The notes under the pieces are model-generated. The model was not told the DNA's origin. It was given only the letters and a program-made list of their open reading frames with translations, and did not search any database. Source: Chiloscyllium plagiosum (lineage: Eukaryota). From it: a stretch of DNA of 52,117 nucleotides. The stretch covers positions 12,836,474 to 12,888,590 of the forward strand of contig NC_057718.1 of assembly GCF_004010195.1 (NCBI RefSeq), read 5' to 3'. Below are positions 1-12,949 of the stretch, one piece after another; positions within the stretch are counted from its first letter, which is position 1, and each line of letters opens with the position of its first letter. Both the position numbers and the translations under genes were made by a program.

Positions 1-426
1 CTCCAAGTCAAGGAATTTCGGAAGCCAATCTTCAACAAATTCCACAGGCCGCTCACCTTCCTTACCCTCAGGCAGACCAATGTTTTTTGCCCTGCCCTTG
101 TTTTCAAGATCATCCACTTGGTCATGTAAATTACGAACCTGCGTCTTCAGGGCTTGGATCTCATCCTTCAATGAACTGGCATCAGCTTCCACCACTGTGA
201 CCCTGTGCTCCACCTCATCCATCCTCTTCTCCAGGTCTCCCAGGTGCTGCTCATGCTTCTGCAGCATGAGAGAGACTGGAGCCAGCTTCTCTTCAATCTG
301 TTTCCCCAGCATCTCGCGTGATTTCTGGAGCTGGTTCACCAGGTCCTGGAGAGTATTCGGCTCTGAAGCTGCTGCAGGCTGAGCTGCAGGCCCGGCCTCG
401 GATGGTCCCCTCCCCTTTTTAGGCAT
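1..426 (-). CDS. L1 ORF1p, partial (coiled coil into start of RRM)
   Basis: Manual translation from ATG at 426 is open for 142 codons to the window edge: MPKKGRGPSEAG...LGDLEKRMDEVEHRVTVVEADASSLKDEIQALKTQVRNLHDQVDDLENKGRAKNIGLPEGKEGERPVEFVEDWLPKFL. DLEN..R..N..GLPEG is the L1 ORF1 signature. Confidence 0.85.
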   Translation of the reverse strand, partial: MPKKGRGPSEAGPAAQPAAASEPNTLQDLVNQLQKSREMLGKQIEEKLAPVSLMLQKHEQHLGDLEKRMDEVEHRVTVVEADASSLKDEIQALKTQVRNLHDQVDDLENKGRAKNIGLPEGKEGERPVEFVEDWLPKFLDLE

Positions 427-550
427 TTCTGGACAGCTGAAAATACAGGTAAGTCAATTTTTAAATGTTTCTTGGGGCTCCACAATCTTTCCAAAGGGCC
501 GTCCTGCTCCTGCTGTGATGCGAAGCTCTGCAGTGTGATCTTCTCAGGTC

Positions 551-561
551 GCCGCCATCTT
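551..561 (-). promoter_or_regulatory. YY1-type motif at the L1 5' terminus (internal promoter)
   Basis: AAGATGGCGGC about 10 nt inside the element's 5' end, the same position as the YY1 site in mammalian L1. Confidence 0.6.
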
Positions 562-832
562 AGATCCCTCGTAGCATTTTTGAAGAAGTTCATTAGGAAA
601 TATGTATAATTGTAACTGTCTGCAACTGATTGTAACTGATTCAAGAAGTTATAAGCAGCACTCATGGAAGCTGATTACATTCAGTTGTTGTGTTTTATAC
701 TGCCCACTCATTTATCTCAGGTGGAAGACCTCAATCAAGCTCAGGACACCACAATAGGAGGTCACAGCGCGGTCCACGGTGAGTAGAAGCCGTTTCTTCT
801 TTAAAGGGGCCCTTTCTTGACGTAAGCTTCAG

Positions 833-1153
833 TGATTAGATTCCCTACTGTATGGCAACAGGCCCTTTGGCCCAACAAATCCACACCAACCCTCTGAAGA
901 CTAACCCACCCAGACCCATTCCCCTAACCTATACCCCTGATTAATGCACGTATCACGATGTGCAATTTAGCATGGCCAATTCACCATGGCCAATTCACCT
1001 GACCTGCACATTTTTGGATTGTGGGAGGAAACCCACATAGACATAGGGAGAATGCGCAAATTCCACACAGACAGTCGCCCGAGGTGGGAATTGGACCCGG
1101 GTCCCTGATGCTGTGAGGCAGCGGTGCTAACCACTGAGCCACTGTGTCACCCA
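833..1153 (-). mobile_element. HE1-type tRNA-derived V-SINE
   Basis: Minus-strand A box (TGGCTCAGTGG), B-box-like GGTCCAATTCC, V-domain TGTGTGGAATTTGC...GTGGGTTTCC, CR1-like tail. Confidence 0.9.
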
Positions 1154-1158
1154 AACCT

Positions 1159-1482
1159 ATTAGATTAGATTACTTACAGTGTGGAAACCAGGCCCTTCGG
1201 CCCAACAAGTCCATACCGACCCTCCGAAGAATAACCCACCCAGACCCATTCCCCTACATTTTACCCCTTCACCTAACACTATGGACAATTTAGCATGGCC
1301 AATTCACCTAACCTGCATATTTTTAGAAATGTGGGAGGAAACCAGAGCACCCAGAGGAAACCCACGCGGACACTGGGAGAATGTGCAAACTCCACACAGA
1401 CAGTTGCCTGAGGCGGGAATTGAACCCGGGACTCTGGCACTGTGAGGCAGCAGTGCTAATCACTGTGCTACTGTGCCGCCCG
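1159..1482 (-). mobile_element. HE1-type V-SINE, tandem to the previous copy
   Basis: Same head, V-domain and tail; (TTAGA)n on the plus strand. Confidence 0.9.
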
Positions 1483-1659
1483 TAAGCATGTACAAATTAT
1501 GAAATTACACAGATATGGTTGCGATATGGCACTTCTTAAGCTGTATCACTCAGGGAAGGAAGAGACATTGGATAATGCAAGAATTCAGGACATGCCATCA
1601 GAAAAATTTCACACAAGTGATCAATACTGGGAATGGTATTCTGGGCAAGATATTGGACA

Positions 1660-4320
1660 TGAATTCTGCCTGCTCTTGGTCTATATCTCTTCATGCCTTG
1701 CATATTCAAATGCTTATCTAAAAGCTGTTTAACCACCCCTATTGTGCCTACATCTGGCAGTGGGTTCCAGATTCCTACCATTCTCTGTGTAAAAAGATTT
1801 GCCCCTCACATCTCCTTTGAACTTTTCCCCTCTCACCTTAAATGCATGCTCCCTAGTTGTAGACATTTCAACTTTGGGAATTGTGCATCTCATAATTTTA
1901 TAGACCTGTTAAGTCTCCGCTCAGCCTCTGCTGCTCAAGAGAAAGCAACCCGAGTTTGTCCAGCTTCTCCTTATAGCTCATATCCTCTAATTCAGGCAGC
2001 ATACTGGTAAATCTCTTCTGCACCCTCTCCAAACCTCCGCATCCTTCCTGTCGTGTGGCGACCAGAATTGAACACAGTACTCTTAAGTGTGGCCTAACCA
2101 AAGTCTTATAAAGCTGCAACATGACATCCTAACTCTTGTACTCAATTCCCCGACCAATAAAGGCAAGGATGCCATGCATCTTCTTTACCAACCTATCTAC
2201 TTGCATGATCACTCTCAGGACCTATGGTCTTGAACCCCAAGATCCATCTGTATATCAATGCTGTTCAGGGTCCTGCAAGTAACTACATACTTTTCCTTAA
2301 TATTTGATCTCCCAAAGTGCAGCACCTCACATTTACCCGGATTAAATTCCATCTGTCATTTCTCTGCCCATATCTGCAACTGATCTATGTCCCGCTGTAT
2401 CCTTTGACAACCTTCTACACCATCCACAACTCCACTGATCTTTGTATTGTCTGCAAACTTATTTATCCACCCATCTACATTTTCATCCAAGTCATTTATG
2501 TATATCACAAACAGCAGAGGTCCCAGTATGGATACCAATAGAATACCACTAGTCAAGGACCCCCAGCCTGAAAAACATTGTTTTATCAGTACCCTCTGCC
2601 TCCTATGGGCAAGCCAACTCTCAATCCATGTGGCCAACTCACTGTGGATCCCATGCATCTTAATCTTCTGGATGAGCCTACCATGAGGGACTTTGTCGAA
2701 AGTCTTACTAAAATCTGTGTTGACAACATCCACTAAACTATCCTCATTGATCACCTTTGTCACCTCCATGAAAAATGCAATCAAGTCTGAAAGACATGAC
2801 CTGCTCTGCACAAAGCCATGCTGACTGTCTCTAATTAGGACATGCTTTTCCAAATGTGCATAGATCCTAAACCAAAGAATTCTCTCCAATAGCTTCCCAA
2901 CCACCAGTGTGAGACTCACCAGTCTGTACTTTCCTGAATACTCCCTATTTCTCTTTTTGAACAAAGGAACAACACTCAATAACTGAGTGGACACCATCGG
3001 AAATTGGGGACTTATCCACCTTAATGCTCTTCAAGAAGCCCAACGCCACTTCTTTCTTGATCTCAAAATCCCATAGCATATTAACATGCTCCACACAAAT
3101 CTCACTGTCCTCCATATCCTTTTACTGGATGAATGCTGACACAAAGTACTCATTTAGGATTTCACCCACATCGTCTGCCTCCAAACACAAGTTCCCTCAT
3201 TTATCCTTGAGTGATTCTACCTTCTCCTGAGTTATCCTCTTGTTTTTACTGTATATATAAAATACCTTGGGATTCTCTTTAACCCTAGGTCATTTCATAG
3301 CCCCTACTTGCTCTCCTAATTCCCTGCTCGAGTTCTTTCCTGCTTTCTTTATAATCCTCCTGGGTCCTGTCCACTTTTAACTTCCTAAACCTTACATATA
3401 TTTCTTTTTCCCTTTTGACTAAATTCACAACCTCCCTTGTTATCCAAGAGTGTCTTACCTTGCCATCCTTATCCTTCCTCCTTACTGGAACATGCTGGTC
3501 CTAAACATTTATCAGCAGGTCTTTAAATAATTTCCACATGTCAAATGTGGCCTTGCCTGATAACTGCTCCTACCAATTAACACTACCTAGCTCCTGCCTA
3601 ATTCTCATGTAATTTGCCATTCCCTAATTTAGTACCCTGCCACAAGGTCCTGACTTATCCTTATTCATAGCTATCTTAAAACTTATGAAGTTGTGATCAC
3701 TATCTCCAAAATGATCTTCCACTGAAAGGTCAGTCACCTGGCCAGAATCATTAGCCAATACAAGATCCAGTATGGCCCCTCCTCTAGTTAGACTATCCAC
3801 ATACTGTTTTAAGAAACCCTCTTCGATGCACTTAAAATATTCTGAACCATCTAAGCCTCTTCTACAAGGGAATCCAAGTCAGTATTTGGGAAGTTAAAGT
3901 CACCCGTTATGACAATTCTGTTTTTGTTGCATCTTTCCATTATCTGCCTACAAATTTGTTCCTCAATGTCTCGATGGCTGTTGTGGGGCCTATAGTATAA
4001 TCCTATCAGAGTGATGACACCTGTCTTATTTTTGAACTCTACCCATATTGCTTCAGTGGATGAGCCCTCCCATATATCATCTCTGAGTGCAGGTGTAACA
4101 TTCTCCCTGATTAGTAATGCAACTCCTCCACCTCTCTTACCTCCTTCTTTATCTCGTCTAAAACAATGAAATCCTGGAATGTTGAGCAGCCAGTCCTGTC
4201 CTTCTCTCAACAAAGCCTCTGTAATGGCCACAACATCACTGTCACACATACTGATCTAGGCTCTAAGCTCATCTGCCTTTCCTATAATACTCCTTGTGTT
4301 GAAATAAACATTCATCAGTC
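1660..4320 (-). mobile_element. CR1/HER1 LINE, decayed ORF2 (APE endonuclease and RT), internally deleted
   Basis: ORF2 start VYFNTRSIIGKADEL near 4310; EN fragment 3851-4249 (GLYYRP, GDFNFP); RT fragment 2356-2997 (SQHGF, DFSKTFDKVPH, LGPLLFVIYIND, FADNTK); C-terminal LYKTLVRPHL, ERVQKRFT; stops and frameshifts. Confidence 0.95.
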
Positions 4321-4459
4321 CATTAGGACCATCGAGTTCATTTACCTGTCTCTGCGTTTCCTTTCATTCCCCTTCCCAACAGTTGTCCTCAGATTGTGTA
4401 AACACCCTCGAAAGGTTTCAGAGACATTCCATGTTGCAAGCGATTAGATTTGAAGGAAA

Positions 4460-4740
4460 AGTTAAGAAAAGTGGGAATTGTTCAAATTGGAAAAGAGAAG
4501 GGTGCTCTTATTGACACCAGTGAATCATTGAATAGAAGAAAGGCTCTGAAATGATCACATAGCATCGTGAATTCTTTTATTCAAAAACAACTGGAGATTT
4601 CAAGACTGAAATCAATAGGTTTTTTTTGTTTGAGCTATGGAGCAAAGACAGTGAAATAAAATTGAGGCACATGATCACCCACAATCTGCTTTGATAGCAG
4701 AGTGTGCTCAGTGATCGGAATGACCTACTTCTGTTCCTCA
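4460..4740 (+). mobile_element. Old CR1 3' end remnant
   Basis: TTCAAGACTGAAATCAATAGGTT...GAATGACCTACTTCTGTTCCT resembles other CR1 3'UTRs in the window. Confidence 0.6.
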
Positions 4741-6517
4741 GGTTCAATGCTTGTAGCTCCCAAATGTCACTCATGGTATCAAGCGCATTGCTGGAGATGA
4801 ACTCTGGTATCCTTTGGTGCTCTTCTCTGTCAGTGCTTAGGGCACTGGCTGTTGAAGAGTATTGCTAAGCCCACCATCAAGGATTCGCAGGCAGGACCTT
4901 GGAGGACTGTTGCCAACCAACAGAGCAGGCTTATGGTACCTACTGATTCAGCCAGCAGAACTAGCAGAGGTAAGCACTGCTTAAGAAGAGGTAGGTGGGT
5001 GGGTGGAGAGGAGCAGCATTCGAAGGTTTTCAGAGCAATAATTGGCAGTGGGTGAGGGGACTTGATGACTTACCAGTGTCCATTATCCACCAGAGACTTT
5101 CCTCTTCCCATGGTGGTCATAAGTTCCAGATAACAGGTAAAAATGTTTCTTGCAGTGTCCCTATTTCATTTATTGTTGATATTTTATTTCTGGCCCATTG
5201 ATGTTAATTTCTTTTCTACCATCCATCTGTGATTAAGTTAAATGTTGGAGCAGCTTGTTTTAAAATAATTTCCAAGCGTAAACTATAGTTGTCAGAAAGT
5301 TTATGTCCCATTTTCAACTGACTATCCATTGAAGGATTACTTTTAGCTGCACTCTACGTCTTTCACATGATTACGTTTATAGACATACCTTACGATCCAT
5401 TCACATGTTTGGAATTCTCTTCTCCTGATTGTTGGAAGTAGAATCACTTTCCAAGGCATTTTGCCCTCACTTTTTGGCATTGCTTGTATGGAATGGGTTT
5501 GGAATTACCAAGGTGTGTCTGCATGCACTATCTGACCGAGTAATTCCCAAAGATCAAATTGGATTGTATTAAGACATGCAGAGTTCATTTTCAAATATCA
5601 GAAGTGCTTAAATGATGGCATCTGACATCAATGGGAGAAAAAGTCATGCATTGGTGTATAGTGATCAGCTAATCACTATCGTGTGCTAATAGTCAAGACT
5701 GATTTCATGACCCATATCTCTGCTGAAGATCCACTGCCAATAAATGTGATGACATTTGATAGATGATCACTTTGCATCAAAACGTTCCCATGCAAAGTAT
5801 TTTGATATTCCACTATAGGTTGTCACTTCAGTGAAGTGTCCAAGTTGATGTTGAACATGTACTGCCTCAGATTTCTCACTTAGGAAGAATCTGTGTTAAG
5901 CTAATACTCATCTTTGTGGGAAACTTGCTCCAGTTAGAGAAAAGCATTTTGCTTCTTATCCTTGCCACTCCTCCAGAAACTTCCGAATATCTTCGGCATG
6001 CTTTCCTAACTCCTAAATGTTCAAGAGATTAGTTCACTCTTTAGTCTGAGTGTCATTGATGTTAAAGTGTACTCAAATATGGGAGAAACTCAAGCTCCTG
6101 ATTCTAATAAGGTTGTGCAGGTGTGAATCTAAGGGTGTGTACCCATATTCCCCTTACACTTTGCCAAAAATACTATTATCAATACTGAGGCATCAGATCA
6201 GCTTTCTCTTTAGGATTCCACTCTTACACATGGAAATTCTCTACCTGTTTTCAACTTCCTGCTCCCCTAGCTGTGGTATAGTTATTCAAATCCACTTCCC
6301 TTAGTCTCTCACTGAAGGCACTTCTTTGAGTCTAGACTGCTATTTGTTTGACTCAACAACCAGACATAGTGCACTTTCTGATAGGGTTGCTGAATAACCA
6401 TCAAGGAACCATGTTTGAATGTTTCATCCCTGAACCCTAATCTCTCCAACTCAGGGCATCCTCAGTCAGTTAACACTGCACAAATTGAGGTTCCTTCTGG
6501 CTTATCTAGTTCAGCAG

Positions 6518-7046
6518 TAAAGCACAACAATGCCTCTTCTTCCTCAAGAGTCTAAGGAAAGTCAGCATGTCCATAAGGACTCCCGCCAACCTTTATAGAT
6601 GCGCCTTTAAAAGCATTCTATCTAGATGCATAACTGCTTGGTATGAAACTGCTCAGCCCAGACCATTACACAAACCACCCATTGACTCCATCTACACTTC
6701 CTGCTGCATTGGAAATACAGCCATCATCACCAAAGACCTCCCAACCTGGTCATAATCCCTTCCAACCTCTACCATCAGGCCAACGATACAAAACCTTAAA
6801 CACACGTACCAACAGGTTCAAGAACAGCTTCTTCTCCACTGTTACTAGACTTATGAATGGAACTCTCAAATTTCTAATGTTAATCTTGCTTTTTGTGCAC
6901 TTTCTTTGCAGCTGTAACCTTGTATTCCTCACTCTGTTCAATCACCCTGTGATCTTTGTATGTTACGATCTGCCTGTACTGTGCACAAAACAAAACTTTC
7001 CACTGCACCTAGGTACATGTGACAATAATAATCAAATCAAATCAAA
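6518..7046 (+). mobile_element. Rex1/Babar-type LINE 3' end
   Basis: KAQQCLFFLKSLRK...NLYRCAFKSILSRCITAWY...FQPLPSGQRYKTLNTRTNRFKNSFF; tail GTGACAATAA(TCAAA)n. Confidence 0.85.
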
Positions 7047-7834
7047 ACATTTTCTACCTAAATTCAATGCTATGAACTTTCCTTGCTGTATAAAGATCCT
7101 GTACATTAATGTGAAAGTTGTAATCCTGTCCCCATCCCTGTCACCTTTCCACCTCACCATGATCTCAACGTGTGAAGAATGTTGGTTATTTGACTGCAGG
7201 ATGTACCCCACACTTTCTACCAAGGGTTTGAAAAGAAATTTAAGTTTGATATATGATTTCCACCAGTGCATCTGAGCAGTGAAGCCTTTGTGTTCTGCTA
7301 ATGTTCATGTTACAATGCAGCGTTATGTTGATACCACTGTGTACACACACTATATGTTGTGGCAGTATATGCGATGTCCCTCAAAAGCCTCCTTGCGAAC
7401 ACAGTCAGAAAAGCCTGTATTTGCAGGTTGGTGTCAGAATGCATCACCTAATTAATGTTGGTGCCTGCAGTATTGGCAGAATCAAAGGTTTTCCCTAATG
7501 TTTTGAATGAGCTGAATAAAACGTAGGCTTGCAGTTAACCTTGTGTAAAACAACTCACAATCATAAGATATTTCCTGCTGTTTCAAGGTCTAACTGTTAT
7601 TTTTGTGTCTAAATTTGTTCATTTTAGGTGGTCTGGATTTCAAGGTTCTCGTCCTGGCTTGTATTAATCAGATTGTAGAATTTTAAAACGTGGAAAAGGC
7701 CATTTGATGTGAAGGAAGATGCAGCATTGATTTATCTTGAATCCGCAGGAAAATTACTGGAAAGCTTCTTCGACTTATTGATGTAACAATTGAATTTTTG
7801 TACAGATCCTTCAAAATATGAAATATGATTTATG

Positions 7835-8372
7835 GGACATTGGGGAGGTCACTTTTGGAGTGCTTCTGGTTACCCTTCATTCAGAAGGATGTTAAACTTG
7901 GAAGGGTGTAGAGGCAATTTTCAGGGATGTTGCTGGGACTAAAGGGTTTAAATTGTGGGGAGAGGCTTTTTTACGTGGAGTGTCGGGGGCTGAGGGGTTT
8001 GCCTTGTGGAGGTTTGTGGAATCCTGGGAGCATGGATGCGGCGGGTGCTGGGGTCTTTTTTTCTCGGGTGGGGGAGTCCAAAACTGAAGGATGTGGGTTT
8101 CAAGTGACAGAGAAAGATTTAAAAACAACCTGAGGGGTAACTTTTTCACACGGGGTGGTGGGTGCATAGAGCAGAAAACCAGGGGATATGGTGGAGTCGA
8201 GTGCAGTTGCAATATTCGGGAGGCATCTGGACGGGTAAATGGGTGGGAAGGGTTTAGAGGGATATGGGCTAAATGTTGGCAAATGGGGCTAGTTCAGATC
8301 TGGATGTCTGATTGGTGCAGATGAGTTACAACGAAGAGTCTGTTTTCATGCTGTATGACTATGACCCTGTGA
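7835..8372 (+). mobile_element. CR1/HER1 3' fragment
   Basis: ERFKNNLRGNFFT motif; HER1-type 3'UTR ending CTGTATGACTATGAC. Confidence 0.85.
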
Positions 8373-8515
8373 TTTGTAAAAAAAAAATTGACGTGGGCTA
8401 TGCTGATATATCCGTAATTGAGTCATACTATCAGGAAGTTCCTGGCTTTGATTCCTGATTAGTGCTGAATAAGCTGATCCCAGAAAAAACGCTTCAACAA
8501 TCCTACAATTACCAT

Positions 8516-8866
8516 GGGATGACACGGTAGCTCAGCGGTTATCACTGATGCCTCACATGCCAGGGACCCGGGTTTGATTCCACCCTTGGGCGATAATGTG
8601 TGTGGAGTTTGCACGTTCTCCCCGTGGCTGTGTGGGTTTCCTCCAGGTGCTCCCGTTTCCTCCCACAATCCAAAGATGTGCAGATTAGGTGGATTGGCCG
8701 TGTTAAATTGTCCATAGTGTCCAGGGATGTGCAGGCTTATAGAATAGCCATGGGAAATGCAGGGTTACAGGGATGGAATAGAGAGTAGGATGCTTTTTGA
8801 AGGGTTGATGTGGACTCGCTGGGTCAAATAGCCTGTTTCCAAAGTAGAGGGATTCTGTGATTCTAT
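8516..8866 (+). mobile_element. HE1-type V-SINE
   Basis: tRNA head, TGTGTGGAGTTTGCACGTTCTCCCCGTG core, GATTCT tail. Confidence 0.9.
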
Positions 8867-9477
8867 GGGGCAGTCATCCCAGGTCAGTATTCCCAATTAC
8901 AATCTAGTGTTCCCTGCTGAGAAACCATGCGTACGACTAGGTTTCACAGTGATACCCCAAACAGTAGAATAACCTCCGAATTGACTGTTGGGGTTTGCAA
9001 ATAAACAGTGATCTTTCGAAAAGACGCTGCAGAGAAATAAGGTGAGGTGCAGCCTGGATGGCTGAATGGTACCAATGGTGAATCAGAGAAACCAGGCAGA
9101 AATGAAAGAGGCTGGAGATGGAGCAACACAGCATTATTTGGGTGGTGTAAATCTAGTCAGAGTGTCACAGAGTTAGGAAAGGCCAAGATCACAAGGAGAT
9201 TTGAACTGAACATGAAATGAATGTTTAAAGTTGGATGTCTGTAATCTAAGTCAGCAAACTGAGTGTATAAATAGTAATAATACATTTTGGCTCGTTAGGG
9301 CCAGTCCTGTGTTTGTTCACCTGAGGTGTTAGTGACTGATTAACCACACAGTTTCTGAGGGGTTGAATAATTTGAACAAATGCTGAGTCACAAGAATGAG
9401 GGCGCTGTGTTACCAAAACTGCAGCAGCCCTTCAAGGGCTATACACAACTTTGGGGGAAAGCTGTGCTGTGATGTGA

Positions 9478-9880
9478 AACATAGAAACCAGGAACAGGAG
9501 GAGGCCATTCAGCCCTTCAAGCCTGCTTCACCCCATTCCATATGATCATGGCTGTTCCTCATTCCTATTTTTTCTGCATACCCCTGATACCTTCAATGTC
9601 AAAAATAAATTGATCTTTCTTGAATATTTTCAGTGACCCAACCCTCACAGCCTACTGATGTCTACAGTTCCATAGGTCGATCACCATTTCAATGAAGAAA
9701 TGTTTCCTCATCTCAGTGCTAAATAGTTTATTCCATATCTTGGGAGTGTGTCCCCAGTTCGAGACTCTCCACCCAGGGAAAACATCCTCCCTACGTCCAC
9801 TCTGTCCAGCTATGTTAGAATGTTATGTTTCAATCAGCTCCCTCTGATCCTTCTAAGCTAGAATACAGGCCCAGTCAAAC
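9478..9880 (-). mobile_element. CR1 3' fragment
   Basis: ACATAGAAAC...GGCCATTCAGCCC terminus and reverse complement of ORF2 C-terminus. Confidence 0.8.
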
Positions 9881-10339
9881 CAGAAGGATGGCCAACTTCA
9901 CTGAGCAGAGTTTGTCACGTGTAACCTGTCCCTCAGTTAGTTAGAGCTCAAGGTCACGACTTTCTGTCGAGGGTCTTCAACTGACTGAATACATACACCG
10001 CGGATCTTTGGACTAATGGAGTAGGATGCCCCACAAGGCACTGAGGTATAAAGTGCAGGATTTGCATCCTTTGCTTTCCTTCTCTGTTACTACTCTGTCT
10101 TGTTATTAAGGTGTTTGATATAGCTTGATGGATAAGTCAATGCCATTTTGAATAATTTGTAACGAGCTCTTACCAGTCATCATTGTCAGTGCTGCTGCAC
10201 TTCAAGGAGAGCTTCAGAGTGTCTTTATCGTGTTTTCTTTGTCCTTCCCTGAATTTCCCTCGCCATTGAGAAATGAGAAAACTGGACCTGGTAGGGAACA
10301 TCCAAACATTCAAACAAAACAGGGCACAGAGTGTTTGGA

Positions 10340-10530
10340 GCCATAAGACATAGGAGCAGAAATTAGGCCATTCAGCCCATCGAATCTGCTCCACCATTCA
10401 ATCATAGCTGATAAGTTTCCCAACCCCATTCTCCCGCTTTCTCCCCATAACCCTTGATCCCTTTGATACTCAAGAACCTATCTGTCTCAGTCTTAAATAT
10501 ACACAGTGACCTGGCCTTCTGTGGCAACAA
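10340..10530 (-). mobile_element. CR1 3' fragment
   Basis: CCATAAGACATAGGAGCAGAAATTAGGCCATTCAGCCC terminus. Confidence 0.85.
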
Positions 10531-10709
10531 ATTAGCCCTTTAGAAGAGATGATTTACAGAATGTAGCTGATAGACAAACTATCTAGGTAGTTATTGTGAA
10601 ACCACCACTGCAGGAGTACAGTAATCCACTGACAACTAGCAAGGTGTAAAAGGTTAGCTCTGCCTCATACTGGCCCATAGAATCTGGCAGCCACCATCAT
10701 ATCAAATAG

Positions 10710-10850
10710 CATAGGTGCATTTAAGGGATAGTTTGTAGGAAAAGGGAATAGAGGATATGCTGATAACATTAAGTGAAGTAATGTGGGAAGAGGTTCTCGT
10801 GGATATTAAACACTAGCATAGAACAGTTTAGCCAACCGGCCTGTTTCTGT
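10710..10850 (+). mobile_element. Old CR1 3'UTR remnant
   Basis: GCATTTAAGGG...GGCCTGTTTCTGTG. Confidence 0.55.
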
Positions 10851-11430
10851 GAATTTACCTGGCTCCCAAGTCTGATTGCTGGAGGCTAGGAAAATGTGGG
10901 GAGAGTTCTTCAGTCCCACAGTGATGTTCAGATACACTTTAAATGCTGCTGCCTGGGAGTGAGGTTAATAGCTTTTTTGCAGAAGTGTCTTTTGCCTGGT
11001 TTTTGGAAACATGGGAATTGTAGCAGATAATATGACGCAACTATTTCAATGTACAAAGGGTAACTATGACTGCATTATTCAATATTAGTGTAATATGTTT
11101 GTACAGCCTATTTAGAAAGAAAATAGGAAAGCAAGTCTGGTCAAGGCACATAGTGCAGGGTCTGTATTGGCCACTGAATTAGGCCAGCTGACATCACATG
11201 ATATATATCGAACTGGCTAGGTCCTTGACTGAAAATGTGCAGCACCCAGGGATTTCTCATTTCCTAGGGGACTGGCCAAAAATTCTGGATGGAAATTGCA
11301 AATCCAATTTAATTTCTAGCAGAAGCCTCAATTCCCTGAACTGCACCAATAATTATTTCAGTTGACATCCCACTCACGTAAATCAGCAGGGTTCTTGCTC
11401 ATCAGTGCTATGCAGCCCTGCCTGCTACAA

Positions 11431-11750
11431 GATTAGATTAGATTACATTACATTACAGTGTGGAAACAGGCCCTTCAGCCCAACAAGTCCACACCGACCC
11501 GCCGAAGCGTAACCCATCCATACCCTTACATTTACCCCTTACCTAACACTACGGGCAATTTAGCATGGCCAATTCACCTGACCTGCACATCTTTGAACTG
11601 TGGGAGGAAACCGGAGCACCCGGAGGAAACCCACGCAGACACGGGGAGAACGTGCAAACTCCACACAGTCAGTCGCCTGAGGCGGAAATTGAACCCGGGT
11701 CTCTGGCACTGTGAGGCAGCAGTGCTAACCACTGTGCCACCGTGCCGCCC
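11431..11750 (-). mobile_element. HE1-type V-SINE, young subfamily
   Basis: CpG-intact copy, near-identical to 42953-43275, (TTAGA)n tail. Confidence 0.95.
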
Positions 11751-12949
11751 ACAAAGATACACTTGTCAAGGCTGGCAAATGACAGCAGAATCAGGTTTGC
11801 CTGGGTTTGTGTGCAAGGTGGGGGGTGGTAGACTATTGTCGGGGGGCAGTAAGAGAGATTGATATCAAGGGCTCACACATGCTGGAATGGCCAGTGCAGG
11901 AAGTTGTTGGTGACCATAAACTGTACCATCTTTAAGAGCAAGGGGTTGGTTAACTGGAGAAATCAAGAAAAAGATACTGACTTCTGAATATGAGCATTAA
12001 ATGAAGAATTGACGGCATCTGAGAAACAAGGAACAAAATATAGAACAAAAAGCAGAAAATAATCTCATTTAGGACTGATTATAAGGCAATTGTGCAATAA
12101 GGTATAGAGTGCAAATTGCTATTTGTTGAACCCGTCTCAACCTTTATGATGTTGGATTAAATTTATCTTTATCAGTGATCCTGGACCGTCCCTGACAACC
12201 ATATGATGAGTCTCTTCCTTGCTTAGGGATCTTAACACCTGCTGAAAGACCATTGTGTAAAACTTGACTGTGGGCCTGACCCCATCCAGATTCTTTCCCT
12301 CAATATGACCCCAGCTATGAGGAAAGTTTCGCTTTAGATTTTCAGTGGAGCCAGAAGAATTCGGTGTCATTTGCACCCCACCCTCCCCAACCTGCTTTGT
12401 AGTCCTGACTATCAATGGCTCTCTCCTCATGTCCGGGTTTCTACTCCAGTCTCAGACCTAACTTTAATGGAGAATCTCCACCAATGAGGTAGGTGACCAA
12501 GGGAATTGTTAGTTTTTCTTATGAGGTGCCAGAAACTGACTGCTTACTCCAGCTAATATATAGACGAGGACTGTTAAATTTAAAAGGCCAATTCCTTCAG
12601 CCCTTTTGGCTCAGGCAACTGTTGCCCAGAGATAGGCCTAGCTCAGAATCTGCCCACTTAGAATTTTTTAACACAAGTGTATGAATCTCTTCCCAACAAG
12701 ACAAGCGTTTGTTGATAATTGTCTATTATACAGTCAAAAGACTGATAGTTCCCCTTGCAGTAGCTGTGGTCATTTAAGAGAGTTTAAATCGTGAAATAAA
12801 GGATAATCTAGCTAATTCAGCCTCTCACAGTTTTCAGAAAAGCTCCTTCTTCACTATGCTAGCTTAAGCACAGCAGCACAAGGTAAGAATGAGGCCAGAG
12901 TGCTCAGGAGTTTTTTTTCTACATTTAAATAATTTGGCAAAGAAAGCAG

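Larger units (their letters stand above)
1..570 (-). mobile_element. 5' end of an L1-clade LINE (5'UTR plus N-terminal part of ORF1); continues beyond the left edge
   Basis: Minus strand begins GAGGGATCTAAGATGGCGGCGAC at about 570, followed by a ~140 bp UTR and an L1-type ORF1. Confidence 0.85.

Noticed and set aside
80..665. ORF-track ORFs 80-382 (+) and 336-665 (-)
   Set aside because: The first is the antisense shadow of L1 ORF1; the second is an off-frame read through the L1 UTR
1070..1153. tRNA-like A/B boxes here and at other HE1 heads
   Set aside because: SINE heads continuing into V-domain and LINE tail, not tRNA genes
6643..7275. 210-aa ORF
   Set aside because: Rex/Babar ORF end reading through the 3'UTR and flank; not a host gene
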